Below, piece by piece: positions 45,079-46,892 of a stretch of DNA of 46,892 bases. A program made the position numbers and the translations under genes. Below the pieces are notes generated by a model. That model was not told the origin of the DNA and made no database searches. It saw nothing but the letters and a program-made list of their open reading frames with translations. The stretch is from the NCBI GenBank assembly GCA_002707835.1, contig PANZ01000004.1, positions 1 through 46,892 on the forward strand. The letters run 5' to 3'. The DNA comes from Chloroflexota bacterium. Lineage in GTDB: Bacteria; Chloroflexota; Dehalococcoidia; UBA2979. How positions within the stretch are numbered: the stretch's first letter is position 1; each line of letters begins with the position of its first letter.

Positions 45079-46461
45079 CTAAATTTCAGTCATTTGTAAT
45101 GGAAATTTTATAGTTATCAAAGTTCCGTGTTCGATTGCATCTTGTATGTTGATTGTACCGGCATGTATATCAACCTGCTGAGTTACTAATGCAAGACCTA
45201 GTCCTGCTCCCAAATGAGCATCAGTTTTACCTCGTTCGAATCGTTTGAATATACGTTGGTGATCTTCCTGTGCGATACCTTCACCATTATCTTGTATTTG
45301 GAGAGTCCATGAATTTTCATCATGTGTAATTGTGATTATTACTTCTAAATGTTCTTGTGGGGGTGGCTTTGCGTGTAGGAGGGCATTACGTAAAAGATTA
45401 TCAATTAAGATCTTCATTCCTTCTGGCCAAATATTTACTTGAGGTAACTCATCACTAAATTCTAATTGTGGAACAGTTGGCCATGAAGAGTTTGTATATC
45501 TTGCGACTACTTCTTCTACGAGTTCAGTAAGATTAACTATTTGAAATAGATCAGCAGTCGCAAGATTACCTCGAGTTAACAATCTTAACCCTTCTAATAA
45601 GTTCACTAATTGCTGGTGTTCTAATTGGAGTTCATCGAGTATTTGTTTTTTTTCATCGAAGGGTATGTCCTGATTATTTTGCAAAATATCTAAATTCATC
45701 TTCAAACTCGTCAGTGGTGTTCTTAATTCATGGACGATATTACTTGCGAAATCTCTTGAAGTTTCAAGTGCAAGCTGGGTTTCATTCGCTCCATCTTCAA
45801 TACGTTCTAACATCGTATTAAGGGAATTTGCCAGTTGATCAATTTCTTTAGTTCCCTGGGATGTTGGAATTCTGACTGAAAGATCAACTGTTTCTGTTAC
45901 TTGTTCGGCTTCTCTACGTAGATTGAAAAGAGGACGCATAGCTACAGATCCTATGCACCAACCTGCTACGCCAGCACCAATAACTGCGAATGAGCCTAGT
46001 AAGAGAATAAGCTGTTGTAAATCTTTGATTTGTGAGTTAATTCCTGAAGTCGAAACTGCTATCTGAAGAAAGAAATCATCAAATCTTGATCTTCGGGTGA
46101 GGATAAGCCAATTTTCTTCATTGTTACTTACTAAGCTGGATCCAGTATTTTCTGTGGGGGGAATATCGGGGAAATCATAGGTTGCAAAAGATATTTTGCC
46201 ATTTTCGACAATTCTAATTTTCAATGCTAAATCACGACGAATGATGTTTTTTTGAATGTTTGGATTAAAATAACGTTGTGTGAGAATGCTCGTATTACCT
46301 CTACCACCTCTTTGAAATTCGATATTTGCTGCTTCCAATGTTGTGTTTAATGCTGATCTTTCTGAGCGTTCATATAGCGAAAGTAAAGTTAGACTTAAGA
46401 TAGTTACAACTATAAGTGTTGCAATCATTGATGCAAAAGCTATCCGTACTCTTAAGCTCAT
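45079..46461 (-). CDS. sensor histidine kinase (two TM segments, HAMP, HisKA, HATPase_c)
   Basis: H-box HELRTPLTSL, N-box DNLLRNALLHA and G-box GAGLGLALV. The start overlaps the regulator stop (ATGA). Confidence 0.92.
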   Translation of the reverse strand: MSLRVRIAFASMIATLIVVTILSLTLLSLYERSERSALNTTLEAANIEFQRGGRGNTSILTQRYFNPNIQKNIIRRDLALKIRIVENGKISFATYDFPDIPPTENTGSSLVSNNEENWLILTRRSRFDDFFLQIAVSTSGINSQIKDLQQLILLLGSFAVIGAGVAGWCIGSVAMRPLFNLRREAEQVTETVDLSVRIPTSQGTKEIDQLANSLNTMLERIEDGANETQLALETSRDFASNIVHELRTPLTSLKMNLDILQNNQDIPFDEKKQILDELQLEHQQLVNLLEGLRLLTRGNLATADLFQIVNLTELVEEVVARYTNSSWPTVPQLEFSDELPQVNIWPEGMKILIDNLLRNALLHAKPPPQEHLEVIITITHDENSWTLQIQDNGEGIAQEDHQRIFKRFERGKTDAHLGAGLGLALVTQQVDIHAGTINIQDAIEHGTLITIKFPLQMTEI

Positions 46462-46892
46462 TTGCGTAACACAAACCCAATGCCACGTACTGTCTGTATT
46501 AAATCAGGGTGATCATTATTATTTAGTTTTTTTCTTAAGTAACCTATAAAGACATCAACAACATTACTCTCAACTTCGAAATCATATCCCCATACTTTTT
46601 CCAATAATTCGAATCGTGATTGAACGATACCTTCATTCAATGCGAGTACCATTAAGAGGTCAAATTCACGTTTCGTCAATTCGACCTCTTGTGATCCTAT
46701 ATATGTTTGTCGACTTGCAGGATCTATTTTTATGTTGTCAATACTTATTACATCTGTTGCTTCATCCATAGGGTTTTTAACTCGACGTAATAAAGCATGT
46801 AAACGCGCAATCAATTCCGGTAATGCAAAAGGTTTTACCATATAATCATCAGCACCAGCTTCAAGACCTAAAACACGGTCAGCAATTTCATC
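46458..46892 (-). CDS. OmpR/PhoB-family response regulator (5' end outside window)
   Basis: The frame stays open to the window edge (DEIADRVLGLEAGADDYMVKPF is the end of a receiver domain). It is followed by a winged-helix DNA-binding domain (…LTKREFDLLMVLA…VRGIGFVLRK). Confidence 0.93.
   Translation of the reverse strand, partial: DEIADRVLGLEAGADDYMVKPFALPELIARLHALLRRVKNPMDEATDVISIDNIKIDPASRQTYIGSQEVELTKREFDLLMVLALNEGIVQSRFELLEKVWGYDFEVESNVVDVFIGYLRKKLNNNDHPDLIQTVRGIGFVLRK

Noticed and set aside
1-46892. Search for CRISPR arrays, tRNA/rRNA genes, insertion sequences, integrases, prophage genes, toxin-antitoxin modules or known defence systems
   Set aside because: None was found by eye. Every spacer longer than about 80 nt was inspected and is AT-rich promoter-like sequence. 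No direct-repeat arrays were seen, and no ORF has nuclease, transposase, integrase or phage-like motifs. A covariance-model scan (Infernal/tRNAscan) would be needed to exclude small ncRNAs formally.

Overview
AT-rich, very gene-dense chromosomal segment with about 47 protein-coding genes. I found no rRNA, tRNA, CRISPR array, transposase, integrase or phage-like genes by eye. The window opens with a caa3-type cytochrome c oxidase operon (ctaC, 5' end outside the window, then ctaD, ctaE, ctaF) and ends with an MFS transporter and a histidine kinase / OmpR-type regulator pair (regulator 5' end outside the window). In between is a long run of catabolic and redox genes: four classical SDRs, an aldo/keto reductase, a Zn-ADH, a luciferase-like (F420/FMN) oxidoreductase, a nitroreductase, a D-2-hydroxyacid dehydrogenase, a three-subunit molybdenum hydroxylase, an amidohydrolase, glutamine-dependent NAD synthetase, an M42 peptidase and malate synthase G. 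There are also four family III (CaiB/BaiF) CoA-transferase domains spread over three genes. The content and compaction resemble marine oligotroph genomes, possibly SAR202-type Chloroflexota, but that is inference only. The best candidates for undescribed biology are: (1) a two-gene operon encoding a tandem-fused double CoA-transferase, whose first domain lacks the catalytic Asp and which has no canonical start codon, followed by a single-chain BC-BCCP-CT acyl-CoA carboxylase; (2) a five-gene operon (CoA-transferase pair, mini-cupin, CMD/AhpD pair) convergent with, and sharing stop-codon bases with, a bicistron of a 570-aa orphan protein plus malate synthase G; (3) a dihydropteroate-synthase paralogue with an intact pterin pocket but rewritten pABA loops; (4) a DegT-family protein with His replacing the PLP lysine, paired with a degenerate ROK-like protein. 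All functional calls come from reading motifs in the supplied translations. No database search was run.
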